DNA from: Takakia lepidozioides
Taxonomy: Eukaryota > Plantae > Bryophyta
Length of the DNA: 64,000 bases
Assembly (NCBI GenBank): GCA_030704615.1
Contig: CM060733.1
Coordinates: 53,754,001 to 53,818,000, forward strand
Direction: 5' to 3'
Part shown: in pieces, positions 38,201 to 49,990 of the stretch
Position numbering within the stretch: the first letter of the stretch is position 1
Layout: each line of letters starts with the position of its first letter
Translations under genes and position numbers: made by a program
Notes under the pieces: generated by a model
Database searches by the model: none
Told to the model about the DNA's origin: nothing
The model's input: only the letters and a program-made list of their open reading frames with translations

Positions 38201-40476
38201 AGCTTATTTCACTGCATGAATACGAGTGATCGGACATTGCTTGTACCACAAACTATTGACCGCAATCTGCTCTTTACTGTTGGGTACAGTCTAGGCAGCA
38301 GAAACAGTTGCTATCCGCAAGCTAGTTGCGATGGTTACTTCGGTTACCGAACACAGGGCTCTGTGAATAACATCTCTTTTATCACACCAAGCACTACCCA
38401 AAAATCTCTCTTGGAGTTGGCTTATTTGTATGACAGGGGCCTTGATGTATCGAGTCAACTGGATTTGACCTTCCCAGACCAACCCTCACCTTCTTTCGAC
38501 TTTACAGGGCCCTGGAATGTCTTCCAAAACAACTCGACTCCTGAATACGCAACAAAGCTGAGTGTTATTGACTTCAATTCTTCTATTCAGGTACCTATCT
38601 CTCTGATTCTGATTAAGAAAAGCATCTGTCTCCCTTTCACCTCCTTTTCCTGTTCCCCTTGGGCCCGTGGACCTAATAAACTTCTTTCCGTTGTTCCTCT
38701 TTCTTTCATCCATTTTTGTTCAAAGAGACAGCTGTATAACCAATCAATAGAAACAAAAAGACTTCGAGGTAAGAGGATCAAGAAGTTTCAAGATGGAGTT
38801 TCAAGATGTGGCTACCTTCACTGTGGTTTGTTTTAGCAACAGAATTTGTCAAGATCATACATGAAATACTCAAAAAATGATAGAAGGTTGCTTCCAGTCT
38901 TGTTGCATCGAATACGTGTCTAAAAAATGACAGCTACACATCACATACTAGTACAACACCTCAGGACTGTTTCAAGCTGCAATGCCATCAGACATACAGG
39001 AATTTCTCTTGTTCTCAATGTAGTCCGCCTGTTCAGACTGAAATACAAACTGTAGAGAAAATGATGGATAACAGATACGATGATTCAATTCCATTTCAAG
39101 CGTAAAGCACTTGTTTTATTGTCGCAAAACCGAAGCAATATATCATCAATTTCAGGATGAGGAGTTGGGGGTTATTTCCATTTGTGATGTCTCTCCTTCC
39201 ACTGATCATGGTTCCGTGTACTGTCTTATAGTTGATTCTACAAGACACTAGCATCTTGATGTTTGAAATACATCCATTCCATCTTCATGGACAGAGCTTC
39301 TACATTGTGGGGAAAGGCTATGGCAACTATGACCCGACGTCAGACCCGGTCGATTTCAATCTTGTCAATCCCCCATATCGAAATACTTTTGATGTACCTG
39401 CCGGTGGCTGGGTGGCACTTCGCTTTCAAGCTGACAATCCTGGTACCCCTTCGTACTCTTCCCTCGGCCCTTTCATTTAGATGTACGTTCTCATGCCCTC
39501 CTCTTTCAGTGGACACAATATTATAGTTCATCTTCTTCTCTCTCCCCCAAGTAGCCATCTAGGTTGAGCTTTCTAAGTGTTGATGGACCTCTTCAAGCGG
39601 TGGGAACACATACCTCTGGACAGCATGTGTCAACCTGGAAGAGAAATGGACAACTCAGGTGTCCCATATCTGAGCATGATGATGACAGTAGGTTACATTT
39701 GCTGATGCAGTATTGTGGGTATCCTTCCAATAGAAAAACAGACAGTGATTGCACCTTTTTGCTCATGTTTTGTGGGGCTGAGATGCCAGTTAGGTCTGAA
39801 CTTGGATTTCGGTGTATCCTAGACATGGTTTAAAGGGTCTGCTGCAAAAATAGACAAGGTTATATAAGCAGTTTTATCCATGGAGCGAGCCTTGTGTGAT
39901 GGTAGTTGCCCCCTTCTCTACTCTCCTCCCATAACCTCATGATTAGTGCATGATCTAGAATATCCACATGTTGGATACCCACTCCATCCTTTTTTGTGAA
40001 GTCACTTGCTTCTGTCCTGATTTTGAGTCTATTCGGGATGTGCTTGGCGAGCTCTGTCTGTCTGTCTCCACCTCTGAGGACTTCTCTGATGCGTACGTGG
40101 ACTCAAAGCAGATACCCAATCAGTTGGTCTTGTAGACTCGTAGTCACATTAAAGGCAAGAAATAGGTTCACGTCTACAGCTATCGACTGTCTGATGGGTG
40201 CCTATGGGGAAGTCCTGGAGCAGCTTACAGGACTATCTATATTGTATACATGTCACCTGAGTTAGAGTTAATGCTGATACTGTCTCTTCTTCTATGAGAA
40301 GTAACATGGACGCTGATTGTGTTTTGACAGGGGTGTGGCTCTTACACTGCCACATTGAGATGCACATCTCATGGGGAATGGAGATGGCTTTCCTGGTCAG
40401 GGAGGGACCTGATATCAACCAAAGTTCTCTTACCCCTCCCCCTCCAGACTACCCTGTTTGCCCAAGTGCAAGATGA
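35237..40476 (+). CDS. LAC: Laccase (three-domain multicopper oxidase); start codon uncertain
   Basis: Exons ~35237-35360, 35906-36057, 36446-36538, 36632-36795, 37048-37176, 37516-37778, 38078-38590, 39232-39442, 40331-40476. All four copper motifs are intact ([29 protein letters not shown] with axial Met). Hydrophobic signal-like N-terminus and PPPPDYPVC end. Confidence 0.92.
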
Positions 40477-41282
40477 TGTGCCCACTAAAGTCATCAAGGA
40501 CTTACTAATCTTCCAGGCCTTTGTTGTATCCTACTCATCCTGCTTGACACCTGTCAGGGCACTCTTCTGTCATATTTAAAAATTGCATACTGGCAAAGAG
40601 AGAGAGATTGGGACCCACAAACTCCCTCCCCACTCTTCAGATATATACAGTAATAACTAGGCGGATTAAAAACCTCAGTCACCTTTGATTTGTATTCTAT
40701 AGTATTCTATAAGTCGGAGTTCATGGGTACTCTTTCGAGCTTGAAATATGGCCTCTCGGATGGATCTGGACTTACATTATCATTGCCTCCTTCAGCTATT
40801 TTGATTTTTGGCAATTTGCTGTCACTGATTGGCAATAACTTGTCAAAATCAGTTTGATCCGCCATAGATCCACCCAATGAGCTAACTTACAAAACCCACG
40901 ATACACAAGTAGGGGCAAATATGATAAGAGGACAGAATAAGGGGTGCACATTCTAGCAGGGGTTATTTTCGAGGTCGGAAAAAGGGAGAGCAATGGAGCG
41001 GACAATGGGGAGGGAGAGTTGGAATGGCTGATATGTGAGGCCAGGTGTAGAAGATAGCATAGAAGTAGTGAGGCTGGGGTCCTCCTTCTAGAGCTCTCCA
41101 CATAAGTAGGATGAGGCGGTGGGGCCTAAAAAGCTCTACCACTACCTCTTGAGAATACATATGAAGGAGGGCGACGGCTAAGCTTTACATGGTGTCTTTC
41201 ACCTCAACCTTACTATGGTGGGCTCTACAACACCTCTAAAATTGTATATTGGAACTTGAACCATCTTAAAATGAGAGAATAA

Positions 41283-42420
41283 ATATATATATATGAGACG
41301 CCCAACCAAAGCTAGCGTAAATAAGAGCCTCTTCCCCTTGCCCGCAGTATTGCCCCATTTCAGGGGTGGGTTCTATTAGCATCGGGACCAGTCACATAGT
41401 GGTCAGCTGACCACTTTCAATCTTGCATTTGTTGAGGATTAGAGCAGTGAGCGATGTGATAGCTATAAAATGTATGGTGCGTAGAGAGGAGGTGGTGTGT
41501 TTAAAAGGTAGTTTGAGGTTTTATTTTAGGATGTGGACGTTATGGCTATGTGCGCCCCCTTTGACACCTGCGGTGATAATAGTCAAGGGGGCCACGTTCC
41601 ATCCATGCTGACGAATAATTATGAGGGGTTCGTATTTGTCAAGTTTATATGTAATCGATTGGTGTGGATACATATCATGGCATAATGTGATTTCGACAAT
41701 ATAAACGTATTTGTCAAGTTTATATGTAATCGATTGGTCTGGATACATATCATGGCATAATGTGATTTCGACAATATAAACGTTGAGGGATGGGAGTGGC
41801 CCTATTGGTTCGGACATGTGCATGACAGGAGCCACGCAAAGTATAGTGCGATCTGGTGGCCTTCCTTGAAACGTTCCTACATTTATGATGTTGAACCATT
41901 TGGTCTGGTGGCCTTCCTTGAAACGTTCCTACATTTATGATGTTGAACCATTTGGACTTAATAGGGTGTGTCAGTAGAATTTTTAGGAGTTGTATGACTA
42001 CTTGATTATTTCGGGTTATACGGATTCCATGGATTATGGGGTGGGTGCAATGAAGAAAAAGGTGTGGCCATGTGTCTATTTGGGGTGGTTGGACGTCACA
42101 TAGCATACAATGTTTGTTTGGGTATAATAAAAGCCAAAACAGGTTTCGTCTTTGGTTACCTGTGTAGTAGCCATATCGAAATCATAGTGTCTGTCTGATT
42201 TAGGCATTGGTAACTATAGAGGATGTCCAAAAGTGGTTGTACATGTTGTGCAGTAGATGTGGGAAGGAGACCCCACTTGGATATGTAGGAATTTGTGTAG
42301 GTGCGAGATGCCTATATTAGTTCTTTGGTTTCTCCTGCAATGTACGTATGTAGGTCCCGTATGGGTGCTATGTCAGGGAATCTAGCCTTGGTTGAGACTT
42401 GAGACCAGTCATCCCCATAA
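41283..42420 (-). mobile_element. 3' end of a non-LTR retrotransposon with CCHC knuckle and restriction-like endonuclease (RLE), decayed
   Basis: Motifs CMLCDVQPPQIDTWPHLFLHC, HGIRITRNN (RHN-like), IVEITLCHD, KLDKY, GWNV.PL.IITAGVKGG, LILNKCKIE, then a short 3' UTR ending in (AT)n at ~41283-41294. Internal 75-bp and 52-bp tandem duplications. The 5' boundary is approximate. Confidence 0.7.
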
Positions 42421-43714
42421 AATGCCACGGTGGCGTCAGAGAGAGTGGTTGGAAGTGGTTTCAACCACTCTCTAGTCCACGTGTAATAATTTGTTTTCAT
42501 TTTTCATTTTTATTTAGTAATATATTTAATTAATAAATATTATATTCCACGTGGACGGGTGCAGTGGTAGATTGTGAGTGGTTATAGACAACTCAGTGAT
42601 GGGAAGTGGTCGAAACCACTTGCTACTCCACGTGTAATAATTCAAATTTTATTTATGATTTATGATTTTAAAATCTAATAAATATAATATTCCACGTGGA
42701 CGGGGACAGTGCACGTTGATCTTGATTGGTTAAAGAACCTCATTGATTTGTACCACTTTGACAGTGGTGGAGAGTGGGTGCTGAAAGACACTGCATTAAT
42801 TGGAACCACAATTCTAGTGGTCGCGCATAAGTGGTTGCCTACACAATAGTGATTGGTACCGGGCACTGATTTGCTACAAAATTTATATTATACGCCACTT
42901 CTATGGTGATACATGAAAAACTTTAAATGGTTTGTGCACCTATGACAGATTTGAAAAACAGACAAGTGTCCATACCATTGCACACTACAACACACCTGGA
43001 TTTTCCAACCTGTCAGTTTGACGATTTTTTTGTCTGTTGTCAGTTTTTTACTGTTCCAACCATTCCATAGTAAAAAAAAACAATATTAAAATATTCAACG
43101 TAATACACGATAGTGAAATAATTTCACTATTTTAGGGCCATAATTGCGAGAGACTTTGACTACCTAAATCAACTGACTGACACAACCATTTAAACCATGA
43201 CATGTGTATCTGTAACATATTTATTATTTATATATTAATATGGATAAGTAAGTAGTAAAAATTTGACTATACTTTCACTGGAATTTTATACTTTCCACAT
43301 TGTGGTGTATGGGTTTAGTTAGTACTCCGCTGCAAACTTAATAAATCACGAACTTCGGAAATCTGCCCTCGGAAAGACGAAGAGGTGGTCGTCCCACTTT
43401 GCAATGTAAACCTTATGCAATGCAAGCTTAACAATCCACATATTATGATTGAAGGGAGTATGGCCATATCATTGCAGGGACATAAATATGAATCATTCAA
43501 CATTGTAAAATGATAACAGGGTAGAACTACTACATGGTACCTTTAAAACTTGTTGCAAAGTGCAAAAGGTTTAAAAAAAATTGCAAAAGTTGCTTATAGG
43601 GTTTGCAAAAAGTTAATTTTTTTTAAAAAGTTGCCCCATCCCGGTAGCCATGAACAGAGGGTTGGAACTTCGAGCAGCAAGCGGCAGGGAGGGAGAGAGA
43701 GGGAGGAAGGGAGG

Positions 43715-44172
43715 GAGGGCAAACATGGGAGGCCCGCAGTTGGAGCAACCTTCGCATCTGAAGCAAGCGACAAACGCTAGGGTATGTGTGCGAGGAGGTG
43801 TCAGCTGAGAGCTCACCGTTCTGGGGAGAGTCAGCCTGGTCTTAGGTCAAGGACAATGTGGTGAGGGCACCTTCTTCTTCGACCTATTTCAGCCTGTTTT
43901 GCGCTCTCATCAGACTCAGCCCTGAATTTGCAACACAGAGCAGAGCACGGAGGGAGCGAGGGCAAACATGGGAGGCCCGTAGTTGGAGCAACCTTCGCAT
44001 CTGAAGCAAGCGACAAATGCTAGAGTATGTGTGCGAGGAGGTGTCGGCTAAGAGCTCGCCGTTCTGGGGAGAGTCAGCTTGTTCTTAGGTCGAGGACAAT
44101 GTGGTGAGGGCACCTTCTTCGACCTATTTCAGCCTGTTTTGCGCTCTCATCAGACTCAGCCCTAAATTTGCA
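43715..44172 (+). repeat. Tandem duplication with a period of about 243 bp at the 5' end of the PDF/PPR pseudogene
   Basis: GAGGGCAAACATGGGAGGCCCG...TCAGACTCAGCCCT occurs at 43715 and 43958. Confidence 0.9.
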
Positions 44173-44177
44173 GCAGG

Positions 44178-45562
44178 CCGGATTTCAAGCTCCAGATTAC
44201 CTATGATTCCCTGTAGGATAGCTACAAGAAACCTGCATGGGTAGATGGTCAATTGGAAGCCGTGGCAGCAGCGCCACAAATGATAAAATCAGGCACCTCA
44301 ACCATGACCACAGCTTCTGGAAGAGGATCAAGAGAGGGAGTCCACAATGCCTGTTATGGCACTTCTGGGCATGTCAAGATGCTTTGTGAGGCAGGCAGAC
44401 TGAATGAGGCTCCACAGACTTTAAACCAATGAGGAATTTCAGCAGATTTTAGATAAGTATGTTTGTCTCTTGCTTAAGTGCATCAAGGTGAAAGGCCTGG
44501 AAGCTGGAAAACAGGTGCACACTCACATTTTCCAAAGTGGATTCACGCCAAATATTTTTCTCCTCAACACCCTAGTCAACATGTATGTTAAGTGCGGGAG
44601 CATCATGGATGCTCACCAAGTATTCAACAGAATGCCTCAACGATCTTTGATCACGTGGAATATAATGTTGGCAGGATTTACCAAGCATGGGTGTGGTAGG
44701 AATGCTTTGGAGACCTATGAGCAAATGATGGGGGAAGCGGTGAAGCCCAACCACATCACGTTTGTGAGCGTTTGCAATGCGTGTGCAAGCCTGGTAGCCC
44801 TGGAAACGGGCAAAGCTCGTGCATGGCGACATCGTCAGAGCTAGAATCGTACTAGATGTCATCCTGAATACTGCCTTGGTGGACATGTATGCCAAATAAG
44901 GGTGCATCGAGGATGCAAAGGAGTGTTCGACAATATGGCTGAAGGAAATGTGGTGTCGTGGAGTGCGATGCTTGCAGGATATGCACAACAGGGGCGCGAG
45001 ATGGAGGCTTTGGAGACCTATGAGCAAATGATGGGGGAAGGGGTGAAGGCCACCCACATCACGTTTGTGTGTGTTTGCAGTGCCCAAGCCTGTCAGCCCT
45101 GGAAAGGGCAAAGAGGTGCATGGCGACATCGTCATAGCTAGATGCGTACCAGATGTGATCCTGAACAATACCTTGGTGGACATGTATGCCAAATGTGGGA
45201 GCATCGAGCATGCAAAGGGAGTGTTTGACAATATGGCTGAACGAGATGTGGTGTTGTGGAGTGCGATGAGTGCAGGATATGCACAGCAAGGGCGCGGGAT
45301 GGAGGCTTTGGAGACCTATGAGCAACTGATCTGCGAAGGGGTGAAGCCCAACCACGTCACATTTGTGTGCGTTTGCAGTGCGTGTGCAAGCCTGGCAGCC
45401 CTAGAAAAGGGCAAAGAGGTCCATGGTAACATTGTCAAAGCTGGAATTGTACCCAATGTCATTCTGAACTCTGCCCTGGTGGACATGTATGCCAAATGTG
45501 GGAGCATTGAGGATGCGAAAGGATTGTTCAACACTATGGCTGAACGAGATGTGGTGTCATGA
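44178..45562 (+). pseudogene. PLS-class PPR pseudogene with an N-terminal half OSB PDF motif
   Basis: PDFKLQITYDSL*DSYKKPAWVDGQL runs in frame into VKMLCEAGRLNEA, followed by PPR motifs (NTLVNMYVKCGSIMDAHQVF, VSWSAMLAGYAQQG, LVDMYAKCGSIEDAK) with several stops and frameshifts. No E or DYW domain follows. Confidence 0.85.
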
Positions 45563-45574
45563 ATCAATAACTAG

Positions 45575-48020
45575 CAACCTGCATGGGTAGATGGTCAACT
45601 GGAAGTTGCAACAGCAACAACACAATTCATAAATTCAGGCACCTTCTTCAACACATTTCACCCTGTTTTTCCCTCTTATCAGAATCGGCCCTAAATTTTC
45701 ATGTTGAATTTTGCAAGTTAGCTGGTGGAGTGAACCTTTGATAGTTTGGAGTGACTGACTGATATTGCCAATGTGACAACAAAGTATCCAGAAACAGGTA
45801 ACAGAGACAAGGAGACCAGAAGCTGTGGAATGAATACTTTTCGGACCCCAGTCAATGGTGGGACAATCGAGGCAAAAGGTAAATGCCTGTTGGATTACAG
45901 AGAGTAGCAAATGCAATTGAGCATAGGAACTAGTGTGATAAGTTGAGTTGGGTGTTTCCTAGAACAAATCTAGGCTTGCATTCTTAGTTGCTAGCAGCAA
46001 GGCAAGGGTGAATGCATGATTTGTGCGGAGGCATGGATAGCTGAAGGAGTAGGGATAGAGTGTGGGTCCAGATTCATCTAAGAGGGGCAGATTTCAAGCT
46101 CCACATTACCTGAGTTTCCCTATGGATCAATAGCTACCAGAAACCTGCATGGGTAGATGGTCAACTGGCAGCAGCGGCACAATTTGATATAATCAGGCAC
46201 TGCTAATGAAGGCATCTTCTTCAGCACATTTCACCTTGTTTTTCCCTCTTATCAGAATCGGCCCTAACTTTCCATGTTGAATTCTGCAAGTTAGCTGGTT
46301 GAGTGAATCTAGTTTGGAGTGACTTTGACATGATACTGCCGATGTGACAATAGGAAAGTATCCAGAAACAGGTAACAGAGACGAGGACAAGCTGTGGAAT
46401 GAATACTTTTCTGACCCCAGTCAATGGTGGGGCAATCGAGGCAAGAAGGTGAATGTTGTTGGATTATAGAGAGTAGCAGATGCAATTGAGCATAGGAACT
46501 AGTGTAATAAGTTGAGTTGGGTGTTTCCTAGAACAAATCTAGGCTATCATCGTTAGCAGCTAGCAGCAAGGCAAGGATGTATGCTTGATTTGTGCAGAGG
46601 CATGGATAGCTGAAGGAGCAGGGATAGAGTGTGGGTCCAGATTAATCGCAAGATATCTCACTGTACGATGTGAAGAAGCTGTGGAATGAATACTATTCTG
46701 CCTGCATGGGTAGATGGTCAACTGGAAGCTGCTGCAACAGTGGCACAATTGATAAAATCAGGCACTGCTAATGAAGACACCTTCTTCAACACATTCCACC
46801 CTGTTTTTCCCTCTTATCAGAATCGGTCATGTTGAATTCTGATAGTTAGCTGGTTGAGTGAACCTTTGATAGTTTGGAGTGACTGACATGATACTGCCAA
46901 TGTACAACAGGAAAGTATCCAGAAACAGGTAATAGAGATAAGGAGTTGTGGAATGAATATTTTTCTGATCCCATTCAATGGTGGGACAATCGAGGCATGA
47001 AGGTGAATGCCTGTTGGATTATAGAGAGTAGCAGATGCAATTGAGCATAGGAACTAGTGTGATAAGTAGGCTTGGGGTGTTTGCTGGTACATGTCGCGGC
47101 CCTTTGCCTTGAGGGCAGGGGGGTCGGGACACATGAGGGGCTGCCCCTGTGGTGGGGGCAGCGGCAGCGATAGGTATGGGGGGCTGAAGCACCCTTGAGT
47201 GCCCAAGGCACTCAGGGAAGCGGAGGCGCTCACTAGGTGGAGCCCCGCACACCGGGTTGCGGTGGGGGTGGCTCCACAAGGGGTGGTGGTAGCTTAGTGG
47301 GACTTAGTGGGGGTGGCATAGGACTCACCATGGGGGCGGAGACCTCGTGGTGGGAGTCGTGGGGAGTCTTGGGACTCATCACGGTCCATAGGGGCCGTGG
47401 TGAGCGGGCCAAGACTCACCGCGACTCACCACCGGGAATCGAGGGTCTTCGTGGTGGTTCGCCATAAAATGGCATGGCTGGTTGTGAAACCCCCGCGGAC
47501 AGCTACAGAAGTATATATAAGGGAGTAGTAACCCCGAGAACGGTGCAAGCCCGTTGGTGACCAAAAACTAGTGAGTAAGCGAGCGAGCCGGAAAGCGACC
47601 AAAGAGTGGGGAGCTGTTCCGGACTGCCATCTACCAAAGGGAATTCTCCTAGTCCCAAATAGGTGGAGGGTCGAGAGGGAAGTGAAGGGGGACCGTTATG
47701 TCCCGGTGAGCAGCCGAAGCTCCAAGTTGGCCCAGGCGGCCAGGTTGGGAGTCAGGCGCGCGCATCAAAGCGAGTAACTATGACTTGAAGGGGAGCTTAT
47801 CGAAGTGAGGTGCGCGACAGTACAACTCTAGGCTGTCATTGTCAGCTGCTAGCAGCAAGCCAAGGATGAATGCATGATTTGTGTAGAGGCATGGATAGCT
47901 GAAGGAGCAGAAATAGAGTGTGGGTCCAGATTCATCCAAGAGGGCCAGATTTCAAGCATAAGGTTACCTATGATTCCCTGTGGATCAATAGCTACAAGAA
48001 ACCTACATGGGTAGATGGTC
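45575..48020 (+). repeat. About three decayed exon-intron tandem units (~565 bp) encoding the OSB PDF motif
   Basis: The units encode variants of KLWNEYFSDPSQWWDNRGKK|GT-intron-AG|IHPRGPDFKHKVTYDSLWINSYKKPTWVDG. The WWDNR-type segments are at ~45856, ~46425 and ~46979; the last intron holds a solo LTR. Confidence 0.8.
47092..47819. mobile_element. Solo LTR (728 bp)
   Basis: Termini TGTCGCG ... CGCGACA, perfect 5-bp target duplication GTACA (47087-47091 / 47820-47824), and an internal TATATATAA at ~47512. Confidence 0.9.
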
Positions 48021-48249
48021 TATCACTGACCAAAAGGCAGGAAAGTAGTTCATGGCTTTTAGCATGCCTGCAGAGACGTAATGTAGATGTAGTATGTCAC
48101 CATTTATCATGGCTGGATTTTGTTGACTCTGTTCCAGCACTTACTGTCGTGGATTCTATTCTGTTTTTTGACTGGTAAATCTTCAAGAGTATTTGGATTT
48201 GCAGATTCACTTGGAATGTATGGGAATTGTAGGAGAATTGTATAGGAAT

Positions 48250-48724
48250 GTATGAATCACTTACACACCACTCTACTAGTGGTATATGTAAGACTGTGAC
48301 AATAGGCAAGAGTGGTTGTACTCCTCCACATGTAGCCCCAATCACTTACATACCACTCCGGTACATGGTTCTTACTTGGTGGGACACACTGGATGACTCA
48401 GTCAATGGTTTTAGCACACAACCTAATCACTACATCAATACTGGTAGAACCACTCCGTCAGTGGTTTTAGCACACATTTGGCTTACCACTGTGACATGTC
48501 ATAAGTGGTTAGTTTACCACTGTGACACGTCAGCGAACAGGTGGACTGGGAGGCAAGTGATCTTAACCACTGTCCTTAACCACTTCAGACACGTCATGTC
48601 TTTTACCACTGCTGAGTCAAGATCCACTAGTTCTAGACCACTCTGGGACTAGAGTGGTTGGGTGTCTTTTCCCACTCAAAATGAGTGGATACCAGAGTGG
48701 TTATTCTGCATTTTCCTTCTAGTG
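48250..48724. mobile_element. One end of a CACTA-like element
   Basis: Ends ...TTTTCCTTCTAGTG (CACTAGAAGG on the - strand) after dense ACCACT/AGTGGT subterminal motifs. The partner terminus was not found and the left boundary is approximate. Confidence 0.55.
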
Positions 48725-49990
48725 ACTGTACCATATCTGGAGAAATGAGTCTATTATGATTCCAGAGAAGTTTCTCTGTATTATTCACGACAAAATGGAT
48801 CATAGGAAAACAGCTATTCCAAGGCTACAGACGCCGAACAAGATGATTTCGGGATTGGGTCAGCTGCCAGTCTCACTAAAGGGAATGGTCAAGCACGGAC
48901 ACGGTGATGGAGCTTACGGCCAATTCTCTCTTGAGTTCTAGAAGGGAAATTCAAACTTTACAATTGGATCTTTGGCACGTTGCCTACGCCAGCTGGAGAA
49001 GCCAACCTATCACGAGTCCAAAAACATTTTCGATTGTGGATTTCAAAACGAGTTTTTTGAATCGCTCTTAAGAGGTAAATCGAGATGTTTTGATGCTCTT
49101 AAACCCTGCAGGCCGGAAGACAAACGAGATGCTCGTCCACTTCCGAGAAGATTGTACTTACAAATGGACAACTCCGTGAAGGACAATAAGAACAGATGGA
49201 TGCTTATTTTTTATCCCTCCTCACCGCCAAAGATGTTTTTGAAGAGATCCAGCTAGGGTTTCTAATGGTCGGCCATACACATGAGGACATCGACGGCTTC
49301 TTCAGCTACATTTCGAAGAAGCTAAAGGAACGCAGAACCTACATTCTTTCGGATTTGATGAGGTCATTCATGACCTTGTAAGATCTGTCGTTCATTCCAC
49401 AGATTATTCAGGAGGTTTCCGACTTCAAGAATTTTGTAAAGGGCTGTATTCTGGATGGAAATGAGGCGTTGGTCAGGATTTCGGAGATGCATGTGTTCCG
49501 CTTTTTTAACGATGCGGAGGGTTGGCCTGTCATGAAGTACAAGAAGTCAGCTACTCATTCGGATTGGCTTCCAACAAACAATAGCGGGGAAATCCCAGAA
49601 CCTTACTGTGGCCCGAGGTGTGAACGTCCAAGGATACCCTTGAATCCGTTCAAAGATATTGAGAAAGGGTTTTTTGTGCTCGTTCGCCCTCATGACCCAA
49701 GGACGTGCCCGGTCTGGATGGGGGTGGCAATATCTGACGTGATTTGAGAAAAAGAGGATCCTAATTTTAAGAAGGTGAAAGTAGAGTGGTGGAGACCGAG
49801 AAAAGAAGGTAACCCAACAGACTTGGAAAGGTACAGGGACTGTTGGTCAAAACTTTGGGAGTATAACTCGTCAGATCCTGCTCAATGGATCCACGTGTGT
49901 GGACAATGCCGCCACGAAAAAATACAACAAGGAATAGCACTAAGAGAATTACAGCCACGGAAGCAGTGAAGAAACGCGCAAATTTGGAGG
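48725..49990 (+). pseudogene. Sola1-like (DUF7869-type) DDD transposase, 5'-truncated and frameshifted
   Basis: Motifs FLCIIHDKMD, LPRRLYLQMDNSVKDNKN, FEEIQLGFLMVGHTHEDIDGFFSYISKKL, HVFRFF..GWPVMKYK, interrupted by in-frame stops and frameshifts. Confidence 0.75.

Noticed and set aside
40522-41232. Possible solo LTR (TGTTGTA ... TACAACA)
   Set aside because: The flanking 5-mers do not match, and the left end falls in the laccase 3' UTR.
41259-41294. TCTTAAAATGAGAGAA-TAAATATAT as the partner end of the terminus at 25271, which would make a 16-kb element enclosing the laccase
   Set aside because: Only about 12 bp match, the terminal GC is missing, and the TA run is explained by the LINE tail.
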